DNA of 64,000 nucleotides from Gracilinanus agilis (Eukaryota), in assembly GCF_016433145.1 (NCBI RefSeq), contig NC_058130.1, forward strand, positions 350,951,010-351,015,009, given 5' to 3'. This document shows positions 1-10,168 of this stretch, in pieces; position 1 is the stretch's first letter, and every line of letters starts with the position of its first letter. Under the pieces are notes generated by a model. That model did no database searches, was not told where the DNA came from, and worked only from the letters and a program-made list of their open reading frames with translations. Position numbers and translations under genes: made by a program.

Positions 1-1106
1 TGGGGGGGCTGCGGGGAGAGTTCAATGGGGGTGATTTGCAAAGACAACATTTCAGAGTGATAGATTGGGTGAATTGAAGGCATCTCTCTTTCTGCCAAGC
101 CAGTCCATTCTCTAAAGCCCCTAGCAGTCAGGCTATAGGATTTTATTCTGGTTGCAGAATAACTCTGGTGTGGCTTTGCAAAGGGGTGGGGGGAGAGAAG
201 AGGGGTGGGCAAAAAAAAAAAAAAAGGCTGAGAGGAGAGAGAGGATACGTGAATCGTCCAGTGCAAACTCTATTGTTTGAAACTTACTTTATATCAGAAT
301 TTGAAGATGAAAACGGTAAGGAAGCCTTCACAATATTCAATGAAACTTTTTTCCTTGTGCTTTGCTTGTCTCCCGACTAACGCGTAGAGACCTTTTTTTC
401 CCCCTGTGTGCTTTTTTTTTTTTTTTTTTAATGGCAATGGGCGAGCTTGACTGAACTTTTACAGATAAAAATCTTTTGAAACTCCAAAACTAGTCGGGGG
501 TTGAAATGATTCTAGGACATCCAAATATTTTGTGATTCAAAGAATATCAAGTTGTTATATAAATATGTAATTTCATGAAGCATGATTATTTTAATTATGA
601 TTACCGGAGCTTTTGGATGGCTTATCATATAGTGGTCGGGAAAGATAAATGAGATGAGAGAACGTTTTGAAGTCATTTTCATTTTTCACAGAAATATTTC
701 AGCATAATATGGTTTCATGTCAGTGTCTTATGTAGCAGACAAGTGCATATTTTATGCCTGGGCGCAAAGGGCAGAATTAATATGATAGCTACAGTCCTGA
801 TGATCTAGGATAAGTTAAGCTCTTAATAGGCTAATCAAAGAGATGGAAGCGTGTGTTTTTGATTTACTTCTGGCCACTTGGGACGTGCTAGACTCATAAC
901 CCTACAGAGACTTATTTATCGGTGTGTGTCTGTGTATATATTGTGTGGTACGGAGTTCAAAGGGTTTTTTTCCCCCCTGGGTTTTATTGGAAACTCGCCT
1001 CCTGATGAAGTGTATGTACAAGCCCTGTCTTTGCTAATTTCTTTCATTGTTGAACTAGAGGCAAAGAGAGGGAGATAGGCAAAGATAGAGGAGGAGAGAA
1101 GGGGGC

Positions 1107-1108
<2 letters not shown>

Positions 1109-1176
<68 letters not shown>
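1109..1176. repeat. (GA)34 microsatellite
   Basis: Perfect GA dinucleotide run of 68 bp. Confidence 0.97.
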
Positions 1177-1182
<6 letters not shown>

Positions 1183-1377
1183 GGAGAGTGAGTTTCTTAG
1201 ACCCTTGTTTTTATTTGAGCTGCCGGTGCAACGCATTTGGGCCAAATGCCAACTGTCTGGGTCACACGCGTTTTATCCAAATAGATTTAGCGCTGCTGTC
1301 TGGAAATGGGCTGCTGAATGTTAACTTTAGGATCAACTCAACCAGAGCAGCTCAGACTGTTCCTCTCTGTCTCAGGA

Positions 1378-1417
1378 GGGGGTAGATGGTAGGGGGCATT
1401 ATAGGGGAGTAGGGGGG
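1378..1417 (+). other. Putative G-quadruplex motif
   Basis: GGGGG-tagatggta-GGGGG-cattata-GGGG-agta-GGGGGG. Confidence 0.55.
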
Positions 1418-1762
1418 TGACTTTTGCTGATTTTTTAAAAAAAAAGGCAAGCTGTGTGTTATTTCCAATGTATTCATTTACACTCAAAATCCTAGTCCTG
1501 TTTTTCTTTGCTTTTTGCTACCCCCTCCCCGTTTGCTTTAAGGTTATCCTTTACACGGGTTGATTCTTCTGAGACTTTAGGTGGCAGGATGACAGGTCTA
1601 AGAAAAAGTGGCAAGGGGAGTGGAAAGGGCTCTGGTACTAATGGAGAGGCAGAACATTGGAGGAAAAATGGCTTTGGGGCTCTTTATAATTGTTTTCTGC
1701 CTAGATGATAGCTGTTGTACTGGTTTGTATAATTTCAGGTCTTAGCTTTGATCATTTGGGGG

Positions 1763-1763
<1 letters not shown>

Positions 1764-1812
<49 letters not shown>
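1764..1812. repeat. (TG)~24 microsatellite
   Basis: Perfect TG run. Confidence 0.97.
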
Positions 1813-1815
<3 letters not shown>

Positions 1816-3839
1816 TTTGGATACCAAAGTAGCAAAGAACTCCTTCATTTTTTACTCATTTTGCCCAAATCAAACCCACTAGTTTTTCACAAGTGTCTTA
1901 AAATGAGGTCTGGGTAGGCATTTGTGTTTTTGTGACTCTCAAGGGTAAAATCTCTAATCTCCAGGCTTTTGAAACACTGTAATGCTTTTCATGTCCAGTC
2001 CAATACCTGTAAGATTAATTTCTATCCTAGCTCGCCTAAGTCCCTCCCTCCTCATTTCCTTAGCAACCACTCCTAGTACTCACTACTGTTCGTTTAAGAA
2101 GGCTCAGTCCCAAGTTTCACCATCTCTGAATTTCATGAGAGATTGAAGAGAGGGAAGAGAAAACTCGAAAACAACCTTCTGAGAACAAGTTCTTGCCCAA
2201 AAGCCTATCTTGCCAGTCAATCATGTATAGCTGACCAGGGCTGAGGTGGGGGATGGGGTATGGGGGGGTGTCTTTTGCAGACAGGAGTTGTGGAAAATGT
2301 GTGTTATCCTTGTTGTCTGGAAGGAATGTCTAGGGTTATTTGTAGTTGAATGATGAATTGAATTTCTGTACAAAAACCCCTTTCTTTTTGCACATTCACC
2401 TGTATTTTGTATTGGTGGGAGATGACTTTTTAAAGTTTATTGAGAAAGGAGGAGACCTCTGTCCTTGGATGGTTAAGTGAGGAGAAACCAACTTTAAAAT
2501 AAAATGAAGCGAATTAGTAAAGTAAGTAAGTAAATATTGGAAAAGAAGAAGTTGTCGGGGGGAGTGGCAACTTTATCTCCTCTACTTTGGAGCCCCCAGG
2601 AGTGACTGGATCCCAGCTGCCATACTAATCAGATCCTGGGGTGAGAGTGGAGGAAGGAAGCCCCCTAGGAGAGTGTTCTACCTGTTGCTTTAGCTGCATA
2701 TTAATAGCTCATGGGAGGAAGCCATGACCTCAGCTACACTCTGATTAGTGTGAGCAGGAAGTAACCAGGGAAGGGAAAGGTGATTTGTCAGCGGAAGCTG
2801 ACAACAAATGCTCTCTTCTTAAGGCAGGTTGCTGAGGCTAGAGACATTTACCAACAGCTTATCTCACCTCATTTCCCATCTTGCTAGAGGAGCTTTGATC
2901 TGGGGAAACAACTCAATGACACCTTAATTTTATAGCCTGATGATTTGTGGTGACTTTTTATGTTTTTTTGTAAATTGTGTTCTTTATAAATCGAATAGGC
3001 TCCTTTGAGGTTTTTGTCTGCTCCAAGAGACTTCATTAAATGGATTTGTGTAAGCCAGGAAAAATTGTTTCATACCTTTTTATTTCGGAGAGGGCCAAGA
3101 GGTCATGGGTACTTATAGAGTTCAACCTCTTCAGGGTGACCTATTTGAAGGGAGGGTTAGCTCTTCCTTTGGAAGAAGATGGGTTGGATGACAGCAGGCT
3201 GTTACACAAAGAACTGCTACATTTTGATCAGTGGGATCTTCCCCTCCTGTCCTTTCATGTCAATCTGATCTTTGACCTGTGGGCACCACATCTGGAAAGT
3301 TCAATGTCTCTACTCATCTGACGATGGCCCCCAGGCTGAGCAGGCTCTGGAGAGTAGCAATTATGAGGGTGATTTTTCTTAGGGAGGGAAACACCTGCCC
3401 ACTGGAGAGTAGGATGACCCATTAGTTTTTGACATGTGGGTTCCCCACAGCAGTTACATGTAAAAGACTTTAGATTGTTACTGAGGAGGGCTAAACTTTT
3501 CCCCTCCCTCACTTTTCATCAGCACTTAACTCACCAAATGCTAAGTTTCCTGAGATCTCCAGGCACTAGTCACTAGTAATGAAGACTGTAATTAAACTGA
3601 ATGTACAGTATGTCTGTTTCAATTTTTTAAGAGATTCCTTTATGCAAGACACTATGCCAGGCCTTGGGGATCCACAGACAACCCTTCAATAGTTCTTCAA
3701 TAGTCTGCATCTTCACAACAGTTTACATTCTATGGGGGTCTGGGAAGGATGTAGCATAACCAGGAAACAGTTGCATATTAGACTTATCCTCCCTGCTGCT
3801 GGTAATATTATCATTAATGTTAATAATTAAAATAGTATT

Positions 3840-4065
3840 CATATAGCATTTTAAAGTTTGCAAAGTGTTTTCCAATTATTACTTCACTGGAACCTCACAA
3901 TAACCCTGGGAGATAGGTACTATTATTATCTTCAAATTACAGTTGAAGAAATTGAGGCAAATAGAGGTTGTGACTTGCTCAGGATCATACGGTCTGAAGT
4001 CTGGAGGCTGAAGTCAGAGATTTGCACTCAGATCTTCATAACTCTAATTTCACTGTTCTATCTAC
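3840..4065 (-). mobile_element. MIR-family CORE-SINE
   Basis: acagttgaagaaattgaggc...gtgacttgctcaggatcatac, the reverse-orientation MIR core. Confidence 0.7.
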
Positions 4066-4235
4066 TCTGACAGTAGATGTGGAGGAAAAATTTCCATTCA
4101 TTTAATCCTGGCCTACTGTATTGCACCTTTGTGTTATTGCTCACAGGTCTAGGGCATCAAAAGATCACATATAGATGTATCAGACTACTAGAAAAATTGT
4201 AACTTTCTGATTTTGGCTCAGTAACATCACACAGG

Positions 4236-4468
4236 TATGTTGTTCAGTTGTGTCTGACTCTTCATGACCCCATTTGGGGCTTTCTTGGCAAAGATACTGC
4301 AGTGCTTTGCCATTTCTTTCTCTGGCTCATTTTACAGATGAAGAAACCGAGATGAACAGAGTTTAGTGACTTGCCCAGGGTCACAGCGCTAGCAAGTATC
4401 TGAGGCAAGAAGAGGTGTCTTCCCGACTGTAGTCCTAGCACTCTGCTACTGTACCACCTAGCTGCCCC
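4236..4468 (-). mobile_element. MAR1-like marsupial SINE
   Basis: tcagttgtgtctgactcttcatgaccccatttgggg...ttggcaaagatactg...gtgacttgcccagggtcacagc...cacctagctgcccc. Confidence 0.8.
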
Positions 4469-4604
4469 ATAATATGTCTGTACAAGGAACTTATACTCAA
4501 GGGTAATATCACTGAATTTCTTAAAATACCATAGTGATTTAGAAATGAATGAATGCTAATGAACATTCTTCCTTTAATATTACTTAGTTTTAAAATCTTA
4601 TAAT

Positions 4605-4760
4605 AATGCTTGACATTTTTATAGTGCTTTGAGATTGGCCAAGTGCTTTACATACATCTCATTTGATCTTCACAATATCCCTGTAAGGTAGGTACTTATG
4701 GTATTATGCTCATTTAGCAGACCAGGAAACTGAGGCTCAGAGAATTAAAGTGACTTGATC
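4605..4760 (-). mobile_element. MIR-family SINE
   Basis: atctcatttgatcttcacaatatccctgtaaggtagg...gaaactgaggctcagaga. Confidence 0.7.
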
Positions 4761-4948
4761 GTAAATATGGATATAGTATGTTCACTTAGGTAATATAGTC
4801 AAATGGGTTGGGAACTCAAGTATGCGGTGGTAGTTTTTTGTTTCTTTTTTGTATTGTGTCACTGAATAACTGTCTGGTCAGGGAAAATCTCTTTATCTCT
4901 GTTTCTTCCTCTGTTAAATGGAAATGAACACAATAATTCTGACAAGTA

Positions 4949-5351
4949 CAACAGGGCCCCTGTATCCATGGGGGCTACCTGCTTCAGATAGCTGAAACTG
5001 TGGATATAAGCAAACACCTGCTGACNNNNNNNNNNNNNNNNNNNNNNNNNNNNNNNNNNNNNNNNNNNNNNNNNNNNNNNNNNNNNNNNNNNNNNNNNNN
5101 NNNNNNNNNNNNNNNNNNNNNNNNNNNNNNNNNNNNNNNNNNNNNNNNNNNNNNNNNNNNNNNNNNNTCTGCCCCTTGGATTCACAATCCACAGCCCCTC
5201 CCTGCCAAAAAAAAACTTTAAAAAAGTGAAAATGGAAGCAAGAGAGACTATTGCTGGGGGCAGACTGCTGCCATAAGACTCTAGCATTTCAGGTTGACTG
5301 CAGATAACTGAAACCACAGAAAGCAAAATCACAGATAAAGGGGCCCTGTTA
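4949..5351. mobile_element. TcMar-Tigger MITE (MER44/Tigger7-like), gap inside
   Basis: TA|CAACAGGGCCCC...GGGGCCCTGTTA|TA terminal inverted repeats with TA target duplication. Subterminal motifs resemble recalled MER44 ends with CpG decay. Confidence 0.7.
5026..5167. other. Assembly gap (142 N)
   Basis: Run of N. Confidence 1.
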
Positions 5352-5464
5352 TAATTATTAATTATATTATCTTGCATAATTCAGAGAAGATGATTTCAAG
5401 GTGATATTATTCATTGTTACTGAAAAGTGATTACATCATCAAAAGGCATTATTCATAAATGAAG

Positions 5465-5610
5465 GCATTGGAATATAGGACTTGGGAACTCAAAGTCAGA
5501 CCTGGTTCAAGGACCATTTCTGACACTTAGAGTGTGATGTTGGGCAAATTGCTTCACACCCTGAGACTCAATTTCCCATCAATAAAATGAGGATAATGAT
5601 ATTTCTACCA
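5465..5610 (+). mobile_element. MIR-family SINE
   Basis: gacctggttcaagg...ttgggcaaattgcttcac...ctcaatttcccatcaataaaatgaggataat. Confidence 0.65.
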
Positions 5611-5649
5611 CTTATATTCCTCTTTTCTGCAACTTCTTTAGTGATTTCA

Positions 5650-6500
5650 TTCATTCTCTTTGTGCAGATGACTCATTATTTTCACCCCAGTCCTTTCACT
5701 TTGACTGCATGTTGATTATCTTCACCTGGATGCTCATCCTCTCCTCACACTCATCATTTTCCTTTAGTATTTCTGTCCATGGTACCATTATGCTCCCAGG
5801 GCACCCAGACATGAAATTTGGGAATCCTTTTTGGCTCTTTGCTTTCCTTCATCTCATTTCCTTCCCCTCTCCCTCATGTTCTACGAATATTCAAGTTCTG
5901 ATTATTCTCCTTCCATTATATTTCTCCCTCTGTTAGTTTAGACTTTTACCAATCAATTATAAGACCTTCCTAATGAGTTTCTTGGTTTCCAGTCTCTCTT
6001 ATCTCTGATTTGTTTTTCATACATCCCATGGACAAGTCAACCCATGTCCCTCCCCTGCTGAAAAATCATCAGTAGTTTCCTGTTAAGGTCCTTCACAGTC
6101 TGACACCAACTTGGACTTCCAGCATTATTTCCCATGATCACTTTCATAGGCTCCATGTTCCATCCCAAATGGAGTACTAGCTATTCTCTGAACTTGTCCT
6201 ACCATTTCCCACGTTCATTCATTCAGGAGGCCATCCTCATCTCTCATAACTGAAATGTATTTCCTCTTTTGTCTCTTCTTATTTCCCTTTGAAATCCTTG
6301 CCTTCTTTCTAAGTTTATTTAGGTACTTCTTTCACATGATTCCCTTACCTTCCAATGAAAGGATTCTATTTCTCTTCCAATTTTCCTCAGGTGTTTAGTC
6401 TGGATCTCTCCTTTGCCCTCACTCCATTCCACTTTATATTGTACCACTCTGTGTACATGCTATTTTCCCTTTAGTAGAGGAGGATAGGGACTTATTCTTC
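5650..6500 (+). mobile_element. L2 LINE fragment
   Basis: Pyrimidine-rich decayed L2 3' region (ccatgtccctcccctgctgaaaaatc, cctaatgagtttcttggtttcc). Confidence 0.6.
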
Positions 6501-6649
6501 TTTGTAAGGTTGTTACAATACAAACATTTTGTTCATATTAAAGCACTATATAAATGTATGCTATCATCATTATTTGTACTCCTCACAATGCTTTGCACAT
6601 AGATCTTTAACAAATATTAAAAAACTATGTCATGTGATTTAAGACAAAA

Positions 6650-7160
6650 CAAAACACCAGAGTATGAGTCAGAAGACCTGTGTTTTAGTCTTGCCCCTAC
6701 CTCTTAGTAGCTATCTGTGATGTTAGGCAAGTCACCTAAACTTTCTGAGGCTCAGTTTTCTCATCTCTAAAATGGGGATAAGAGTACTTTTCATGCTTTC
6801 CATGTAAGAACTAAATAAGATAATTTATATGAAAGCATTTCTTAAATTTTAAAGAACATAAAAGATGGGGGTATGGTAATATCACTGTTTAGACAGCTGG
6901 TAGTACAGTAGATAGAGCACTGGAATAAGAGTAAGGAAAGATCTGAATTCAAATCCAATCCCAGGAACTTGCTAGTAGGGGATCTTGGGCAAGCCACTTC
7001 ACTTCTGCCTGCCTCAGTTTTCTTTTCTGTTAAATGGGGATAATAACAACACCTACCTCCCAGAGTTTTTATGAGGTCAAATGAGAGAATATTTGTAAGG
7101 TGCTTTGCAAACCTTAAAGTACTATATAAATGTTTTCTATCATTATCATTATTATTATTC
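6650..7160 (+). mobile_element. Two tandem MIR-family SINEs (about 6650-6840 and 6893-7160)
   Basis: ggcaagtcacctaaactttctgaggctcagttttctcatctctaaaatgggg; the second copy is near full length with an (att) tail. Confidence 0.75.
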
Positions 7161-7464
7161 ATTGAATTAGTTCCTTTTTAAAAACTTAGGGGTGAGAAAT
7201 TTCTAGTAGTTATTGTTTTTATGTATAGTAACACCTCATTTATTTATTGTGACAGTTAAAAAGTGAAATATCCCAAATATGTGTCCAGTTAAATAAGGAA
7301 ACCCTACTTTATATACCAGATATTTTAACCATTTTAGATAGAAATCCTTCTAGAATGTTATCACACATGGCCCTACTTTCTTAAGCAGAGTAATCCAAAC
7401 ATAATCTAACCTTTTCTTCTAAGTTCATCCTTGTAAACATGACTTACATATTCAATCATTTTTC

Positions 7465-7712
7465 ATTTGTGTCTAACTCTTCATGACCCCATTGAAGTTG
7501 TTTTTTTTTTTTCTTTTTGGCAAAGATACTGCACTCGTTTGTCATTTCCTTCTCTAGTTCATTTTTCAGATGAGGAAACTGAAGCAAATAGGGTTAAGTG
7601 ATTTACTCAGGATCATACAGCTAGCAAAATATCTGAGGCCAGATTTGAACTCAGGAAGATGAGTCTTCCTGATTCCAGGAAGTGGACTCCATCCACTGCA
7701 CCAACTATCCAT
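7465..7712 (-). mobile_element. MAR1-like SINE
   Basis: tcttcatgacccc...ggcaaagatact...gatgaggaaactgaagcaaatagggttaagtg...aggaagatgagtcttcctga. Confidence 0.8.
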
Positions 7713-8769
7713 CCTGTGACTTATGTGATAGTTTAACTTAATGTAATACAGTGATTCTTTCTAGTACTATTTAGATGTATAAGGCAATTTGATTTTGCAG
7801 GAAATGTTTGTGGATTGTTTTTTGACTTCTTATTTTGTATCTCTCCATATCTATATCCTTCTGTTGGCCCTCAGTGAATGTGTCTCTCTTTCTCTCTCTA
7901 GCAGCACAAACATCTATTCTGATTTAACAGCTTTTGATCTATAGTCTAGGAAACCAGGTCACCAAGTTTATTTTAAAATCATCAATAAAGTGAGAGTAAA
8001 TATGTCCAGAGGGAGATATCTTCCTTGGATTATTAGTATGGATATGCATGTCCATCTTGACCTTTCAGAAACTTTGTTTATACTTGTTTGTATCCCATTT
8101 CTTGGCTATTCTCTAGATAGCCAAGGCTGTTGGATTCATGAACTCCACATAAGTGAGAGATTACTATAAACTGTTTTTTAACTTTTCAGCAGCTTAGTTT
8201 GGGCTACTGTTTGGGTGTATAGAGGCAGCTGTTCTATGTCACTATATTTACAGATTTGCATTGTCAGAGAAACAATACCAATCACCGAGTGTAATAATAC
8301 CTATAGTCTTGGAGTATGAATTGAACTGAAAATATGAGTTATGGAGTGCAACTGGCTTCCCATTTGCCATTATGACATTAGAAAATGTATGCGATTTTCA
8401 TTTTTGATTTTATAAAAAAATGAGAGTGGGTGAGTATTATTCTGCTTCATTCTGGAGATTTAGACATATACAAACACACGAATATGTATACAGATATCTA
8501 TGTATCTGTATATATCATGATCCCTCCTTTGGTTCCTTCTTTGGCTATTAACTGGGTCTGGCATTGTTCAGATAAAAATACCATTTAGGTTTCTAGCTCC
8601 ATGTTTAGTCTTATGGATGTTTATTTAGACTATAAAGAACAACAATGGTCTAATTGAATTCCCTCAAGTTATTTTGTAATTTATGTACTTTGGCAAGCAT
8701 TCTACAATATACAGTGGATCTGTCCATCCAGATGATTGTATTTTAACTTTATTTTTTTGGGTATTCTAG

Positions 8770-9052
8770 GTACAAAAATGGCCCTATTTCTGCAACTACC
8801 CAGCTTAATGCCTTACTGATGAAAATTTTTACAACTTTATCTTTCTTTTTCATTTTGGATTGAAAAAACAATGAATCCAGAGAGAGGAGAAAGCACAGAA
8901 TGTTGGAAACGAGCACCTGCTAAAAAGTGGAATATCTAATCACTAATTTCCAATAGATAGCAAACAAAACTGTTATGCTGCGGTACTGGAGTGGTGTTAA
9001 TTCTCTAGCAAGTAGGTAGCCCTCCAACAACACATCCATTTTTTTCTAAATT
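8770..9052 (+). promoter_or_regulatory. ADAMTS6: ADAMTS6 exon 2 5'UTR portion (283 nt) with six upstream ATGs in five uORFs
   Basis: Acceptor ttttttttgggtattctag|G at 8769/8770. uORFs at 8778-8819 (second ATG at 8808), 8819-8863, 8871-8939, 8900-8923 and 8975-9019. Confidence 0.75.
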
Positions 9053-9149
9053 ATGGAAATTTTGTGGAAGACGTTGACCTGGATTTTGAGCCTCGTCATG
9101 GCTTCATCGGAATTTCACAGTGACACCAGGCTTTCATACCGCTCCCAAG
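9053..9149 (+). CDS. ADAMTS6: ADAMTS6 coding exon (exon 2): signal peptide [32 protein letters not shown], phase-1 end
   Basis: ATG at 9053, 97 nt, donor AAG|GTAGGG, matches the ADAMTS6 N-terminus. Confidence 0.95.
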
Positions 9150-9878
9150 GTAGGGTTCTTCCTTTTACAACTGGTGAGAGATTGTTACTCTTCAAGTGTG
9201 CAGTGCTGGGTGGGGGTGATTCTAGCTGAATGAAGAGTGTCTTGGGGAACATGGCCATTGAAGCTGAGCCCTCTTATGATTGGAGTTAAGTAAGGGGAAC
9301 AGACCCAGGCTCACCTATATAAGTTTTGTTTTTCTTTTTAAAGCAGATCATCTTTTTGTCAAGGGATATGTTATAAATGTAAACCCTTTATGGCAATCTT
9401 TCCTCCTCTTTTATTGTAAGTTGAACTTTTTTTAGTTCATAAGAGGGCTTTTCTGTTAAAGAAATTTTCAAATTCCCCATATGATAGAATTCCTATCTGG
9501 TATCATGAGGAAATTCAGAGTATTGAATAAATGTTCTCTCTAAGTCAAAGAAGACTTCCTATATAAAGAGCATCAAAATTATTAAGCCCCACTTTGCAGC
9601 ATTCACTAAAGATTAATTTTGGGACTTTATTATAATGTTTCTAGATGGTAGAAATGCCATTTTAGCTTTTAACTTTTTCTTAGTTCTCCCTGCCAGACTG
9701 GGCCCCTTCTTTCAGAGAGGACACATTGCCAGAGTTTGACAAAAAGCAGGAATCAATATATATGTGGGTACACATAATGAAACATATAATTATTTATTAG
9801 GTATATATGTACATATATTTATACACATACATGTATATTTATTTACATACAGACACATTTGTATAAATATGTATACAG

Positions 9879-10088
9879 AACCGTTATGCTGCGATTCTAG
9901 AGTGGTATTAATTCTCTAGTAATTAGGTAGTCCTCTCACAACACTTCGAGTTTTTTTTTTAAATTACGGAAATTTTGTTAAAGACTTGGACTTGGATCTT
10001 GAGCTTCGCCATAGTTTCATCAGAATTTCATGGTGACAACAGTCTTTCATACTTCTCCCAAGGGAAGGATCCTCCTTTTACAACTGGT
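9879..10088 (+). pseudogene. ADAMTS6: Degenerate tandem duplicate (pseudo-exon) of ADAMTS6 exon 2, copying about 8968-9175
   Basis: About 35 substitutions in about 210 nt by eye. Start ATG>ACG (9966), donor GT>GG (10063-10064), no frameshift in the coding part. Confidence 0.9.
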
Positions 10089-10106
10089 AAAATCCTCCTA
10101 GAATCA

Positions 10107-10116
10107 TACACACACA

Positions 10117-10165
<49 letters not shown>
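10107..10165. repeat. (CA)n microsatellite, one interruption
   Basis: Direct inspection. Confidence 0.95.

Positions 10166-10168
<3 letters not shown>

Larger units (their letters stand above)
1..1420 (+). promoter_or_regulatory. ADAMTS6: Putative ADAMTS6 promoter / non-coding exon 1 region
   Basis: Repeat-free, about 20 retained CpGs in 240-1330 against a CpG-poor background, G-rich tracts, 7.4-8.5 kb upstream of exon 2. Candidate donors are ACG|GTAAGG (about 317) and AGA|GTGAGT (1188). TSS and exon limits are not resolvable. Confidence 0.55.

Noticed and set aside
168-1917. Short ORFs in the promoter region (e.g. 916-1245 minus, 1705-1917 plus)
   Set aside because: Driven by microsatellites or non-ATG starts, with no recognisable homology.
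4859-5377. ORFs spanning 4859-5377, 30626-30852 and 45427-45891
   Set aside because: Their length comes from N runs translated as X.
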